Below, in pieces: positions 41,559 to 56,006 of a stretch of 64,000 nucleotides of DNA (position 1 is the stretch's first letter; each line of letters begins with the position of its first letter). The stretch lies in contig CM022671.1 in the NCBI GenBank assembly GCA_012295275.1, positions 2,108,001 through 2,172,000 on the forward strand. The letters are read 5' to 3'. A program made the position numbers and the translations under genes. Origin of the DNA: Chrysomallon squamiferum (Eukaryota; Animalia; Mollusca). Below the pieces are notes generated by a model. The model was not told the origin of the DNA. It did no database searches and saw only the letters and a program-made list of their open reading frames with translations.

Positions 41559-43328
41559 AAGAAGAAATTAATTAATTTAATTCAAATTCAAGATTTGAAC
41601 GTGACAGTTATATGAATTCTGAGCCATAGTATATACATCTCATAGATAATTTTCTATATAATTTAATTTTCTCTATAGAGATAACTTTACCATGTAATTA
41701 GCTTAAAAAAACACCAGTTAAATTTAATACAATTTGCTGTGTGGCACACTTGTTAAATACGCTTCTGTTAAAAGGTTCACACAAACTGCCTTTTTTCTAT
41801 AAATATAAAAATAACGTCTACTCTGTAATATGGTGGAACTAATAAATAATTGATATTTTTATAATTGAAACACGACGTTTTCATAATAAAAACGTGTTTC
41901 GATTATAATAATTCTTTTTTATTATATATATATAAAAATAAAAAAGAATTATGCAAGTGGGTCGACTTTAGTAAATATCTTTAAAACAGTAAATAAATGA
42001 ATAAAAAAGAAAATTTACTAACTTAGTTTAGTTTTATAAAATTACATAACGATTTTTAATATGACTGTAAGAAATATCACTTTCTATCAAAATGTAATAA
42101 TAAAATATATTTAAAAAATACACAAATAATATATAGTAGCGTCATAAACTATTAAAACATAAAGAAATATCTAATTGGTTACGTAACCAGTTTACATCAG
42201 TGTTAATAAAAACGGAAAGGAAAAAGATGATCAGACAGTCCTCACCGACAAACAATTGCTGTCTTTTATTATTGTCTTAGTTATGCCTAAGTCAAGAAAA
42301 GTCATGTTAAAAACAAATTCTTTTCTTTAAACAACCATAAGAAAACTTCTACTGGAAGACAGTAAATTAAATAAATAAATAAATAAATTCGATTTATTAT
42401 TTCAGTGTTCATTCGGTTATTCACCAACGTATTGTTATGTCTTCTCCAGTTCTGATTTTCAGTTCATGGCAACTTCACACACTGATTCATTTCTGTTGCG
42501 AGCCGAGGTCATAAAATAAATATATAAATAAAAAGAGAATGAATGAAAAGAAAGAAAAGTGAAAAAATTAAGGAATGAAAGATAAAAAAAATAAAAAATA
42601 AAGGAAAGCAGTTCATCTATATATGTATGTTTTAATTATGTCTTTGATATCTAAATATCAAACAATAAAAGAAACAAAAAAGAGAAAGACCAATAATAAA
42701 TACTAGAAATACAAAAAAGAAGTAAATGAACGAAGAGAGTAGATTGGAAGAAATCACAAAGAAACATTAAAAACTAACATTCAGTTAAGTCATAGACCAA
42801 TTTGTATACATCTTTATTGGTTAGAAAAGGAAAGATACATCGGAAAGAAAGCCGACAACCCAGCACTACATAATATGAATCAGTATGTACAATGTCACGT
42901 GACAGAACTTTCCAGGAGCAGAGTTATGATATTAAAAAGTAGATAAATAAAAGGAAATAACTTGATTCGAAAACCGTGTCTGTAATGTACTGTGTTTATT
43001 TTATAAGAACCAGCCTAAAAGAAACAAGAAACGAACAAACAATCAAACGAAAAACCAAACAAAACAACGCATTTATGTAGCATGAAGAAAAAGGAAAAAG
43101 AATAGTTCATCATTTATTTTTATTTTTTCATTATGTCCATCATATATTAACGGATAAAAAATGGAAAGAAAGTCGAATTAAAAAAAAACAACTAAGAAAC
43201 GAAAGAGGGAACTGACGAAATCAAAAGGAAAGAAGCAAAGAATTTTTAAAAATTCTTTAGCAGAAAAGAAGGATCTGAAAAACAATAAACACAAAGAAAT
43301 ACTTTTGACTAAATTACATGTTACTCAC

Positions 43329-43766
43329 CTGTGTTGATATCATCTGACCTCATGAGACACACAGCATCTTCTATACCATGATTACAGAAACACGTCCCAT
43401 CAAAGAAACATTCTCCGTTCAGACACACTTTACTGCATGTTTCATTACAAAAATTCCCCCACCATCCTTTCTTACAGCCATCGAGACACTCCCCTGTGTG
43501 ACGATCACAAACGGATTCGTTTGGAATGGTTGATGAACAGTTTCTTGTACAATGTTTTGCACAATTCTCTCCCCAGAAACCATTTTCGCATTTATGACAT
43601 ATACCTGTTGTTTTATCACAACCGTCGACATCACAGTTGTTGCACTGGTCTGTACAGTTGTCTCCGTACCAGCCAGGTGAACATAATTTACATTGTCCTT
43701 TGCATTCCAAACAGTTGTATGACCAAGTAGATAAATTACTCAAATGGTCAATTTTCTCATCTATTT
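43329..43766 (-). CDS. Multiple EGF-like repeat exon (minus-strand subfamily), intact frame but apparently orphaned
   Basis: 438-nt phase 1-1 exon with cccag acceptor and GTGAGT donor; CSPGWYGDNC, CENGFWGENC, CKKGWWGNFC. Paralog of 63303-63746, but the preceding EGF exon is not present upstream. Confidence 0.7.
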
Positions 43767-45146
43767 CTGGGGGTAAAAGACAAAAAGAAGTAAAAAAAAG
43801 AGAGTAAAAAATAATACTAATACTAATAAAAAAATACACAAGAACAATAATAATAAACCTATTTTATTTTTAATGCTATAAAATCTGTTCTTATGTTAAT
43901 ATTGAAGTTGTCACCAACTCCACTACAATGACAGAAATAGCACATTCATTATCATCGCTAACTTCATCAGTACAGTTATTAATATAATTACCCAATCATT
44001 TTTATCATTTATTGATAATAATTATAGATAAGTATATAATATACACTCAGGTAAAATGTCAGCTTTGGCTTTTTAGCTGACTGGAAAAAAAAAAAATCAG
44101 TTAACGGGCTAAGCAGAGCACCTTTGGATCATTGTCTACACACCAGTCAATACATTCCTAGAGGAAATATTTATAGTTATTTATATATCGATTGTTAGTA
44201 ATGTACATTGACAGAGAGATAAACAAGCTACCTAAACGTTTACTTCGAGGAACGGCGAAACTTCGTCTTAGTTTTGTTTGAAAGATATAAAATAATGAAT
44301 TTATTGAAGACTGGAGCTTTTAACAGTTCTGTCTGATTATTTTATAAAAAAAAGTGTAAACTATTAAAGTGATTCAAACACAATGACAGTATCTAATAAA
44401 GAATGTAGTAAAGTGGTTTGTTTCGTGGAGATATGCTGGCTAAATACCAAAAAGAAATGAATGTAAGTAGATACCATAGAATACATATACTGAGAAAATG
44501 TTATACAAATCGGAAACAATTTAAGGGACTTTCATGGTCATTTTAAATAGAAACGATGAAGAAGATTGATTTAATATTTTACGGAACATTTTTAGATGAT
44601 AATAAATTAAGATTGTATTAAGATACAAAAACTATTTATACACTCAATTATATCATCATCTAGTTATCCCTAAAGTTTTATCGAAGCTTTTAGTTGGTAA
44701 CCTTCTTTTTATTAATGTTGAAACAGTAAAATATATTTTGCCCTACAGACGTTATTTTTATATATATTTAGCTAAGAATATCACCAAATTTTAACTCCAA
44801 ATCCACAACTCCTTTTTATAATGAAAATAATAAAGCACAACTTTTTGTAGTATTTTATTTACTGAGTTTCAAAGGTATAAGCGTCTTCTTATTTAATGTT
44901 ATCTTATAGCTTTAATTACCTGTTTATTTGTTTATTTTTACATTTGGTATTATTCTTATTAAGGATGCATTCTTTTCATAATATTATTTCATGTAAATAA
45001 ATTATTGTATCATGTTTTATCGTGTGTAACACTTTTAAAAACGAGTCAATGAATGAATGAAACAATAATCTAAAATAATTTAACAAAAACCCCTAACTTA
45101 ATCAGAACACATCTTTCATTTCTTGATATTTTGCTGTTTCAGGAGT

Positions 45147-47548
45147 ATGAAGAAAAGGTGTAAAAACATGGGAGATCTTCTCTTCTTACTCTTTACTGTA
45201 CCATTCGTGTATTCTGTAGTGAAACCTCACTGTAATGTATCCAGCGAATATAAACAGCATTCTTCCACATTCTGTCAAAGTGGATGTGAAGATGGATGGT
45301 ACGGTGACCATTGTAGACAAATGTGTTATAAGTTCTGTGTGAAATGTGATCGCCTGACTGGAAATTGTTCTGGACAGTGCAAAGACGGTTATTTTGGAGA
45401 TCACTGTTTCAACCCCTGTCCCCACTGTAGTGCTGGATGTGATGCTAAAGGCAAATGTATTAATTCTACAACCACAACACCATCAGCTAACATCAGTAAG
45501 TTACTTTACAGAATTATTATTCAGTCATGGACTATCATATAAGAAACATATATATTTGTATAACGTGTTACAATTTAGAAAAAGTGTTGTAATGTGAACT
45601 GTATGAAATATAAGAATTTACTTCTTTTAACATAGAGGATTATGAACGTTTCTAGTATTAAAATAGGTTTATCATTGAAAACATTCACATGGTCATTATT
45701 TTTAGATCGAGTCTGTAATTGCCTGTCATAGATAGAGAGAAACCAAATATCCAGTATTAAAATATGTTTATCACTGAAAACACTGACATGGTCATTATTC
45801 TTAGATTCCTGTCGTCCTGGTTGGTTCGGACCCAAGTGTCAGTACAAATGTAAAAACTGCAACAAACTTGGCTGCCTAAAACAAATAGGAATATGTCTAG
45901 AGTGCAGAAAAGGATATTATGGTTACTACTGTTCAGATCGTTGTCCAGAGAATTGCAATTTAAATTACAATAACACTAACAAATCTTCCTGCAGTCGAGA
46001 TTCAGGGCAATGTTTATATGGTTGTGTTAAAGGATGGTTTGGAGACCGATGTGAAAAGAAATGCAGTTTAGGATGTCGAAATGGAACCTGTAACAATAAT
46101 GGAACAAAATGTTCGGAAGGATGCATTGATGGACGATATGGTGACACATGTAACAAGAAGTGCAGTAAAACTGTATTAAACAACTTTGTGAAAATGATGG
46201 AACGTGTCTTGAAGGCTGTCATCCTGGCTGGACCGGCAGATACTGTCTGCAGAATTCTCCGAAACTTGAAGGTAAAATATATAATGGCATAATATGTTAA
46301 GAAACAGATACAGTTAATGATATCCAAATAAAATATTTTGTGAAAAACAAATCTTAAACTTTTTTGTTACAACTGCTATGTTTTTTACAATGAATATTAA
46401 AACATCTTTCTACATTTTTGTTAATATATACGTTCAATATCATTTAACAGATTTTATTAGAGGTATTTCTACTAAGAAATATTTACCTATATTTAATTTT
46501 ATTCGTTTTGTTAAATGATTCTAACGTATATCATTCATGATTACTTTGCATTGTTTGTTTTTTTCTTCTTCTTCTCTTTCTTTCTTTTTCTTTTACTTTT
46601 TCTTTTTTAAATATTTTGACTTTTAAATTTTTTGATTTCGTAGGTTATGCGACAAAATTTGAATTAATTATTCCATTCACTACGGTGATTCTGTTTCTCG
46701 TTGTCCTTTTAGCTTGTGTTATACTCAAGTAAGTTGTTATAGATTATAATGCAGTTTATGTATAATGATGGTAATGTGCGCACGCGAATGTTTGTTAATT
46801 TAACTGAGATTTAAACTCAGACATTTCTATAGCATTTTATGAATACATATTGCGTACTCTGTATGTGTTTTTGTTTCTATGAAGGATTTCTTCATATCTA
46901 GTGTACCTTTATTATTAATGATCTGTAAAACAATTTATGCTTATTTTTATTTATTTATTTATTTATTTAATAAGCTTGTGTTAGGTCTGCTGGATTTAGT
47001 GAATGCACAAACAAGACAATCGTAAAAATAAAGTATCTTCAGGCTAAATATCTTTAGTTAATCAATAATTATTACTCATTCTGTACGTATGTGCGTATGT
47101 ATGTGTATACTGATGCTATTTTAGCTGTATGGATTATTCCTGTCACGCACTCTATTTATCTCTTTACATACACGTGTTTCTGTTACTGTATGTATGTATT
47201 GTGTGTCATTTCCATTTCCTTTACGTTTCCTATATTAGAAATTCATTGTGTGTGATTTCATCAGAATCCATACAATATTCACTGATAAATGAATATTTAT
47301 TTTGTTACAGGAAAATGAAGAACGCTCAACATAAAGAACCGAATTCAGCACCTGAATCAGTTTCTTTGTCTGACAACACATCAACGGTTACTGATCACTA
47401 TGATCAAATTAATGAATCTCAGTTAGAGAGTTTCTCAGACAGTTCATCAAATAACTCTCAACAAATTCCGTTATGTTTCAACAACGACAACAGCCAGATA
47501 TATTTATATCCTATAGTAGAAGAGGTTTTTACTGCAGAAGTTCCATGA
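45147..47548 (+). CDS. MEGF10/Draper/SCARF-like EGF-repeat receptor, unit C, with tyrosine-motif tail; one frameshift in exon 2
   Basis: Exons 45147-45495 (signal+EGF), 45805-46271 (CRPGWFGPKC, CRKGYYGYYC, CVKGWFGDRC, CIDGRYGDTC, CHPGWTGRYC; 467 nt, one base short in the A-run near 46167-46170), 46644-46728 (TM LIIPFTTVILFLVVLLACVIL) and 47311-47548 (DHYDQI, IYLYPI). Confidence 0.78.
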
Positions 47549-49057
47549 CAAACGAGAAAGAAACAAGAAGAAGAAAAAGAAAAGAAAAGAAGAAAAAACA
47601 AACACTCAGTTATAACATAACAATACACAGACCAATGTAATACTTGTATCTAGTACAAATATTACTTTTCTCTTTTCACAAATTACTTAGCTATTAAATC
47701 TTTGTTCATGCATGAGTTTCAAAGAGAAAAAAGAAGAAAGAAATGAAAAATACGAAAAAAGAAAAAAGAAATCGCTATTGTGTGACACGGCGCATTCCTT
47801 GACTGTTTCCCATTCCAGACAGAGCAACATGACTGATTTATGAAAGTACATGGAATGCGATATTGTCTTTACGCTGGTCATCTGCTAATCTAAATCACTG
47901 AAAACGGACATAATATAAAGCACTTGATTAGTTAGAAATGTATCTGTAGAAAATTTAATATGCAAAATTTGTTGAGCTCTCGAAAAGTCGTCAAATAAAT
48001 ATAGTTGCTTTTAGCAAAGTGCAGATATAGTTATTATCAACAAGTTTGGTTTTATTTTTCAATCATATGAAATTTCCGACGACATATTTTAATGCAGTAA
48101 CATAGTTTGTTTCTAACTGGGAAGTTATACTATTTAATATTTAATATGTTCGAAATGTTTTGTTTAATTGTAGTTTAAAAATTTTAGTAGTTGTTATTTA
48201 TTTGGATGTTTACAAAATGTTAAAGTTATTAATACATCATTTAATTTTTCTGATGTCAGTTGTTATTTCATTATTTTTTAGTTTGTTTGATTGGTTGCTG
48301 TTCGTTTGTTCGTTCATTCATTCATTCATTTTTATTTATTTATTTATATATTTTCTAATTTCGGTATAACGCAGTATATATATATATGTATGTATCTCAT
48401 AGATAATGTTCTGTATAACTTGACTTTCTCCATGGAGTGAACATTCCTATAGAATTCAAGTGTTGATACACAATCTTATGGTTTTTTGGTTAGGTTTTTT
48501 CATTGCAGTTCCGGAATGTAATTTGGTTCTGTGAAATGTTTATACAGAACGGTCTTTTGTTTTCTTTTGTTTCTTTTTTGTTTCTTTTTGTGTATCTTTG
48601 TTTATCTTATTTATTTATTTATTATTTTTATTTTTATTTTATTGTTATTTTTTTTCGTTATTTTTCATACAGATATTTTTTTCAGCAATACTTCTCAAAT
48701 TAATACGAACTATTATGTACAATGTGATCTTAAAACAATGAATAAATAAAAGGAAATAACTTTGATTCGAAAACAATTTGTGTAATTTACTCCTTTTATT
48801 ATAAGAATCGGCCACAAAAAAGACGACATAATTTATTTTGCACAACACAGTATAAACACTGATTTATAATGATATCTCTGGTTTATGTGCACTAACAGAC
48901 ACACAAATACAGATTTCTGTCGTACAAAAAATATAATAATTCTGTTTGTTTTTATATCACAATCTTATTTTACCACTTTTGTATATTTTATATCAGTTTT
49001 CTATTTTCCCTCGCTTTTTCTTTCTTCATATAAAAAATATAGATTTCTGGCCTCTGA

Positions 49058-49119
<62 letters not shown>

Positions 49120-49432
49120 CGCTGATGAAGACGATGCTGATAATAAGTGTAACAAATACCAGAAATACAAAAAATAAAAACAAAGGAAACATTAAGAACC
49201 AACCTACAACCATAACAAAGTCCTATATGTTTACAAACCAGCACCGCATCATATTAATCAGTATGTACAAAGTCACGTGACACAACTTTAAAGGCGCAGA
49301 GTTGTGATCTTGAAAAACAAGGATAAATCAAAGTAAATAACTTTGACTCTTAAACAATTTGTGTAATTTTATGTTAATTTTATAAGAACCATCCTCAGAA
49401 GAAACAACAACAACAATAACAATAACAATAAC

Positions 49433-49465
<33 letters not shown>

Positions 49466-49669
49466 TACACAAATTGTTTTCGAATCAACGTTATTTCCTT
49501 TTATTTATTCATTGTTTTAGGATCAGAGGCCAGAAAACTATAATTTTTTAATCTAACATCATTTGAAGAAAAAATAAACAAGGGAAATAGAAAACTGATG
49601 AGGAAATAATAGAATAGTCTGATACAACTAAATATAGAATACAGAACAAAATTATATATAATTAGATTT

Positions 49670-50110
49670 ATTTCAAGATTTTAACGTCCATTTGTATGCT
49701 AATTTTAAAAGATGTCCAACGGCATCCAATAACTGAATGGGCTAAGCCTTTCATAAAAATGGATTTTGCAGCCTGTAGAACTACAATTTGCTCACCTGCA
49801 GAGAACACAATTTCATCGCAAGTCTGCGGTAGGGCAGAACTTATCTCTGTACAGTGCACTGCTCATACTGGGAAAGGAAGGCAAAAGAGAAACAATTTAT
49901 GATGGTTTCTTTGGAATCTCATCATTGTATATTTGCTTCATTGCTGTTGTTTCTTCTCCTGCTCGATTCCATAGTATGCTTATTAAACGAGCAACATTCG
50001 GGTCACTTGGAAGATGCTTGTGTTCTTATTTGATCAGTATAAAAATGCCAAATACCGTGCACTTCTCAAAACACTCTTTTCACATGCATCTGCAGTGAAG
50101 GCTTCCCCAC
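49670..50110 (-). pseudogene. GC-richer inserted fragment of an unrelated gene, possibly SH3-like
   Basis: Two pyrimidine-rich acceptors on - (about 50111 and 49870). Broken frames GEAFTADACEKSVLRSARYLAFLY*, KHLPSDPNVARLISILWNRAGEE and ALPQTCDEIVFSAGEQIVVLQ. Confidence 0.3.
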
Positions 50111-50914
50111 TGTATGAAATCAGTAGATGTAAGAAAAGACATTTAATATGTACTGTGCAAAATAAAACAATACTGTGATGAAATCAGACAGCTAAGTGAT
50201 TAACACTAGCGGAGCACTAAAGCAGTCAGGGGTGTACAGGACACAGTATATAACCCAATAAAGAATTTTGTCTATGGAATGGTATGTCTGTCTTTCTGGA
50301 GGGAACCCCCCACACACACACATATAATTATATAATTGTTAGTGTCTCTTTTGTAACATTCTTCCTGGCATTGTTGTTTTGACAAGTTTTATTTTAACTT
50401 TATGATGCAAAAAGAATACACATATGGCCACAAAGCATTATCTAAATGGAGAGCGGAGGTAGAGAGACAAATAGGCAGATACAACGGTTATAGATAGATA
50501 ATAATACATGGAGATAAAGAAATATACTGACTATAATAAGCAGACACAGACGTACACATGAAGACAGAGAGACACACGGATGAGATGGATAGACACCATA
50601 TATATAGGGAGATAGAAAGATAGACTGATTATAGAGATATACCTGAAGATAGTCTAATTACAGTTACTCAGGCAGACAAACATATATTTCCTCTTCCAGA
50701 AGTGCCAATACAGTTAGCTTACTTAATAATAAAATAAACGTATTTGCAATCTACATTGAAATAGCATCTTTATATTCAAAGAAATCGTGCAGATAATAAA
50801 AGCTAAAACCAAACCACTTTTTGACTGACTTCTGTTTTTTTACTAAAAGTAACGATTTCTTTGTATAAAGCTGTATATAGTTTGTTCATAGACAAATTTT
50901 TTACAACCACAGTA

Positions 50915-52930
50915 TTTTTATTACAGCAGCAGTAATATTAGTAAAACTGAACAGTCTTTGCATTGTCCAGAAAAATCTCCTGAAACATCAAATTATGAAG
51001 AAATTTTAAATTATTTTGTTTTATTCTTTCGTTCGTTCGTTCACTTTTAGTTCCTAATTCCATAATTTCCTAATTATTTTCCGAATTTGTTTAAATTTTA
51101 GCATTGTCTATAGTGTCTTGAAATGACATATAGTTAGATTACTTTTCTAAATGTTAAATTATTACATTCATTCACTCATCTATTTATTTTTATTTAGTCT
51201 TGGAAAGCTGTCGACTAATTATAGTTAATTTTTACTGATTACATTATTCTCAATTCTGTAATCTCCTAATTAATTTTCACAATTTGTTTGTCTTGTCACT
51301 GTATAGTTAGCTAAAGTGAAATTAAGTTTTATTTAATTGTTGAAATCCATTGTCTTCTAGCCATTAAATTGCATTATTTATTAAAGTGTCATGTGACAAT
51401 AAAACATGATATAATAATTTATTTACACAGAATAATGTTATAAAAACAAGGCAGTCTTTGAGACGAATAATACCAAATATAAAAATAAACTAATAAACTG
51501 TATTATTATTCAGTCATAGATTATAATTTTAAATTTTAAGTATTTATTTATTTATTATTTATTTATTTATAAATTTATTTATTTATTTGTTTGTTTGTTT
51601 GTTTGTTTATTTGTTTGTTTGTTTGTTCTTTGTTTATTTGTTTGTTTATTTTAATTTATTTCTTATTTAATTTGTTAGACAATAATAATAATGCTATTGT
51701 GAGATTACATACATTTATATAATTAATTATAACAACAATGATAACTACAACTACTTCTATTACTAGCTCTACTAACATTGCTGTTGCTGCTGTAATAAAA
51801 ATACGGTGCAAGTATGAAGCAGGTGTGCAAGGAATGTTTAAAATAAATGTATCAGGATGAACAAAATAAAAGTAAAGTTAGGGTATAAAATAAGTGTAAA
51901 ATGAAACGTAAAATAAATGCATAGTGAAAGTATAAAATAAGTTTAAAGTGATGTATAAAAATGAGTGTAGTGAATAATATATATGTAATAAATGCATGGT
52001 GAAGTATATAAGTGAACAGTGAGCGTATACAAATTAATATGTTTATAGTGAGTGTACAAAAATTAATACTTGTGCAATGAACGTATACAAGATAATACTA
52101 GTTATGTGAGTACAAAGTACGTTTACATAGAATAAATAATATGAAAAATCTATATTTAACCCTACACATTAAATAAATACCATAGACAGATAAACTCTAA
52201 ACTTTAGTCTGCCTTTCTCGTATTTGCAGATGGAGTTGACAAAGAAGTTGGATCTGGGATCGGCATCGCTATCATCATCGGCATGTTCGTTATTTCTATA
52301 TATAGCTGTTACAGGTATGAATTTTTCTACGTTATTTTCTAAGAAATTAATAATTTTCGATTTTTTTATATTTTTGTTTAACCTTTCGGCCATTTTCCAT
52401 TGCAATAAATACTCTACGAATGGTTCATTAAGACGACTTATATCTGAATCATATTGTCTATGGGACTGCATACAAAATAATCCTTAATTTTAATATAAAC
52501 AGAGTAATCCATCAAGATGTAGTTCGGGTTTCCTGTCTAATTATCTGCACGGTTCTTAACAATATAAGTGACGCTATTAAAGTGGAGGTTACAAATATGT
52601 TTATTTTATCATTACATAGACCAGCTGTACAGCCACTTCTGGAATCGAAAAAAATAAATGCATATCTATAATCAATCTGTCCCGCTGAATATATGTATCT
52701 ACCAGCGTCTCTCTCTCGATCTGTCTGTCTGTCTGTCTGTCTCTCTGTCTATCTATCTGTCTATCTGTCTGTCTATTAAACATCAATCTAATTCTCTGTG
52801 TCGAACTGTTTCGATCATTCTCTCTCCTTTCCTGTATCACTAATTTATTAATTACTTTTTATTTTATTCTAATTCCAGGAACAGGAAGAACAATTCTTCT
52901 TCCACATTCTCGATCGTCTCTCTCAAGTTT
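50915..52930 (+). repeat. Partial direct duplication of the unit A region (about 14195-14460 and 16440-17920) lacking the EGF exon
   Basis: 50915-51170 matches 14195-14455, and 51500-52927 matches 16441-17916. Confidence 0.85.
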
Positions 52931-53423
52931 GGTAATAGTTTTTATCATAGGTAAGTGTATTTCAAATTAATGTATGTCTGCACTGTAATGTTCTGAATAT
53001 CAATGTTGGAAAGGCATGCACCTCTAGGTATGGCTTACTCCCATATGGTCGAATTCCCCGTAGGTCGAATTCCCGATAGTCGAATCCCTAAAACAGCAAT
53101 AGATTTCGGCCAACAGTCTTATTATTTTCGCTGTATGTGTATTATTTTATATTTCTTTCGCTATCTCGATTACTCTTTGTTTGCATTTTGATGTATTTTT
53201 GTTATTTCAACACAGCTAAATAATCTGTTCCTGTTTTATTGCAGTACTACGAATTTTCTATGCATTCTTAATTTAACAGTCACTGTTTATATATTACAGA
53301 AAAACAATGAAAGTTTCCAAGCAAGAATCAAACTGTACACGGAAACCAACTTGTTCGTCTGAATACATTTTAGAAGTTACTGCTAATTCTAATGATGACG
53401 ATACTGTTCACTTGTGTAATTAA
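52230..53423 (+). pseudogene. Receptor unit E: TM + cytoplasmic exons without an ectodomain exon of its own
   Basis: Exons 52230-52314 (GSGIGIAIIIGMFVISIY), 52879-52950 (72 nt, phase 2-2) and 53300-53423 (..SEYILEV..DDDTVHLCN*) splice in frame with canonical sites. The upstream EGF exon is replaced by inverted intron sequence. Confidence 0.6.
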
Positions 53424-54250
53424 TTAAATCCATGATGATTATAACTACATCTACAACCGTTACTTCTACGTCAGCAAAATCACTTACGTTAGAAAGATCA
53501 TAACCAGGGTGCTCATAACGGAAATTATAAACAAATTTTGAAATAAATTTTACAATTTATTTGTATATAAACAATTCTGATCTGCTTGGAAATAGTTTTA
53601 ACTATCGAAAGTTGAGAAACAAATACAATGTCTTTTAACGTTGTAGATATTGTTAGCGTAGACAAGTTTTGTTTCATCGAACCGTTTGTTATAATTCTGT
53701 TTTTGAATTTTTAAGATCAATTATTTATGTCAAAAGAAACAATATTTCAAATTACATACAGTGAAAAGAATTGGTAACTAATATTTTTAATATAAAACGT
53801 TATGTCTACTTTGGTTTATTTATTGTTATTTATCTCGCCATTGCTTTGTGTAATTATAGAGATTACTATTTGGAAAAGAAAAATATTTAGTTAGTGGAAA
53901 GTAAGTAATTAAATAACTGAAATAAGTTTCCACACGGCAATTTAAGACATTTTTCTTTATTTATGATGACGAAGAACTGGATTTATGTAATGTTAAACTT
54001 AATTGAAACTTCAGTCTTCCTTGTTAATCATGTTTCTAAAGATAATGGTTGAACCAAGATTAAAAAAAATCATTTATGCACAATACTAATGACATGAATT
54101 GTTAGAGAAAAGTGTGTGAAAACTCTATCTTATGAATGTCATTTTTATTTTATTCTTATATTTATTTATCTACGGATGTACTTAATAAAATAAATAAATA
54201 AAAAAAACATTCGTTACAACTCTTAGAAATTTTATATTTGTTATAACATT

Positions 54251-54305
<55 letters not shown>

Positions 54306-54770
54306 TACATACAAGTACTGGAATTCATACTTGTAGCCTGTCACCTGCAGACGTTATCAGATACGTACGTGGTAACGGTAACCTGACTTACACAAAGGAC
54401 CTTTTGTTAGGTGTTTCGTTACAGGACTGTTTGTGCATGTATACACTCAAGTAAAATGTCAGCTTTGGCTTCTTAAATAACTGGACGTTCGAGATATTAA
54501 AAACTAAGTAGATAAAAACTGTTAGTTAGTTAATCTTTTAGCACAATTGTCACTGCTACTGATCATTACTGAGACCATAGCGATGAATAGTTTTCTTATT
54601 CTGTTTCGTCAAGAGATATGTATTTAAACATTACACAGACATATATAGATATATAGATATATACGTACGGGGATAAGATATTTGGATTAACATTATTATA
54701 CTACTTACAAATATCTGTTATTTCATATATTTTATCCTCTTTGAATTTACTGTATTTCATGCCGTTTGTA

Positions 54771-54836
<66 letters not shown>

Positions 54837-56006
54837 AGCTTAAACAAGCAAATCTTTTTTTTTTTTTTTTTTTTTTTTTAAATACTGAGATATTTACCAG
54901 AATGAAGTCATTTTGGTCACTGTCTATGGAGCACTCAGTACATTCCTACACGTACTATTCATAGTTATTTATATATCTATTGTTAGTAATGTGAACCCTG
55001 TAGACTGACAGAGAGATAAACAAGCTACCTAAAGGTTTACTTCGAGGAACGGCGAGACTTCGTTTTAGTTTTGTTTGAAAGATATAAAATACTGAATTTA
55101 TTTAAGACTGGAACTTTTAACAATTATCTCTGATTATTTTATAAAAAAAAAAAATAGTGTAAAGTATTAAAGTGATTCGAACGGAATGGCAGTGTCTAAT
55201 AAGGAATGTAATAAAGTGGTTTGTTTCAAGAAAACGTGCTGGCAGAATAAGTAAGTAGATACCATAGAATACGTATACTGAGAAATGATTTTAAAAATCG
55301 GGATTAATTTGAATGATTTTTGGGGTCATTTTAAAAACAAACTATGAATAAGATTGATTTAATGATTTGGTGGAAATCAGTTAAATAGTGATAAATTAAG
55401 ATTGTATTAATATATAAAAAATATTTGTATCCTGAATTATATAGTCAAATAATTATTCGTAAAGTTTCATCGGTGTTTAAAACTGTTAACCTCCCTTTAA
55501 TAAAATTATGTTGAAACAGAAAGAGGTAATAGGCCTCCTATTGACAGAACGTTTCTTTTATTTTTCTAAGTTGTAGTGATTATAAACCCCGTTTTTACTA
55601 TATTGCTCTATATATGAATCTTTCAAAGGCGCAAGTTATCCTTATTTAATATTATGTTATAGTTTTATTATTCTCATCAATGACTACCCTTTTTTTACAA
55701 TATTGATTTAAGTATATAAATTATTATGTCATGTTTTATTGTCATGTGACACTTTAATAATTCAATCTAATTATTTAATGTCATTTCATGAGATTATGGT
55801 CACTGAAAAAATTTGAACAAATTGTGAAAATCACTTAGGAGGTTATGGAATTTGAAATCAAAGAAATAAAGTTTAAAATTAAATGTAATTAGTCAAGACT
55901 AAAAATGAAAGAACGAATGAAAGAATAAAAAAATTATAATTTAGCAAAAGAAAAACCATAACCGGAACACATCTTTCATTTCTTGATATTTTCCTGTTTC
56001 AGGAGT

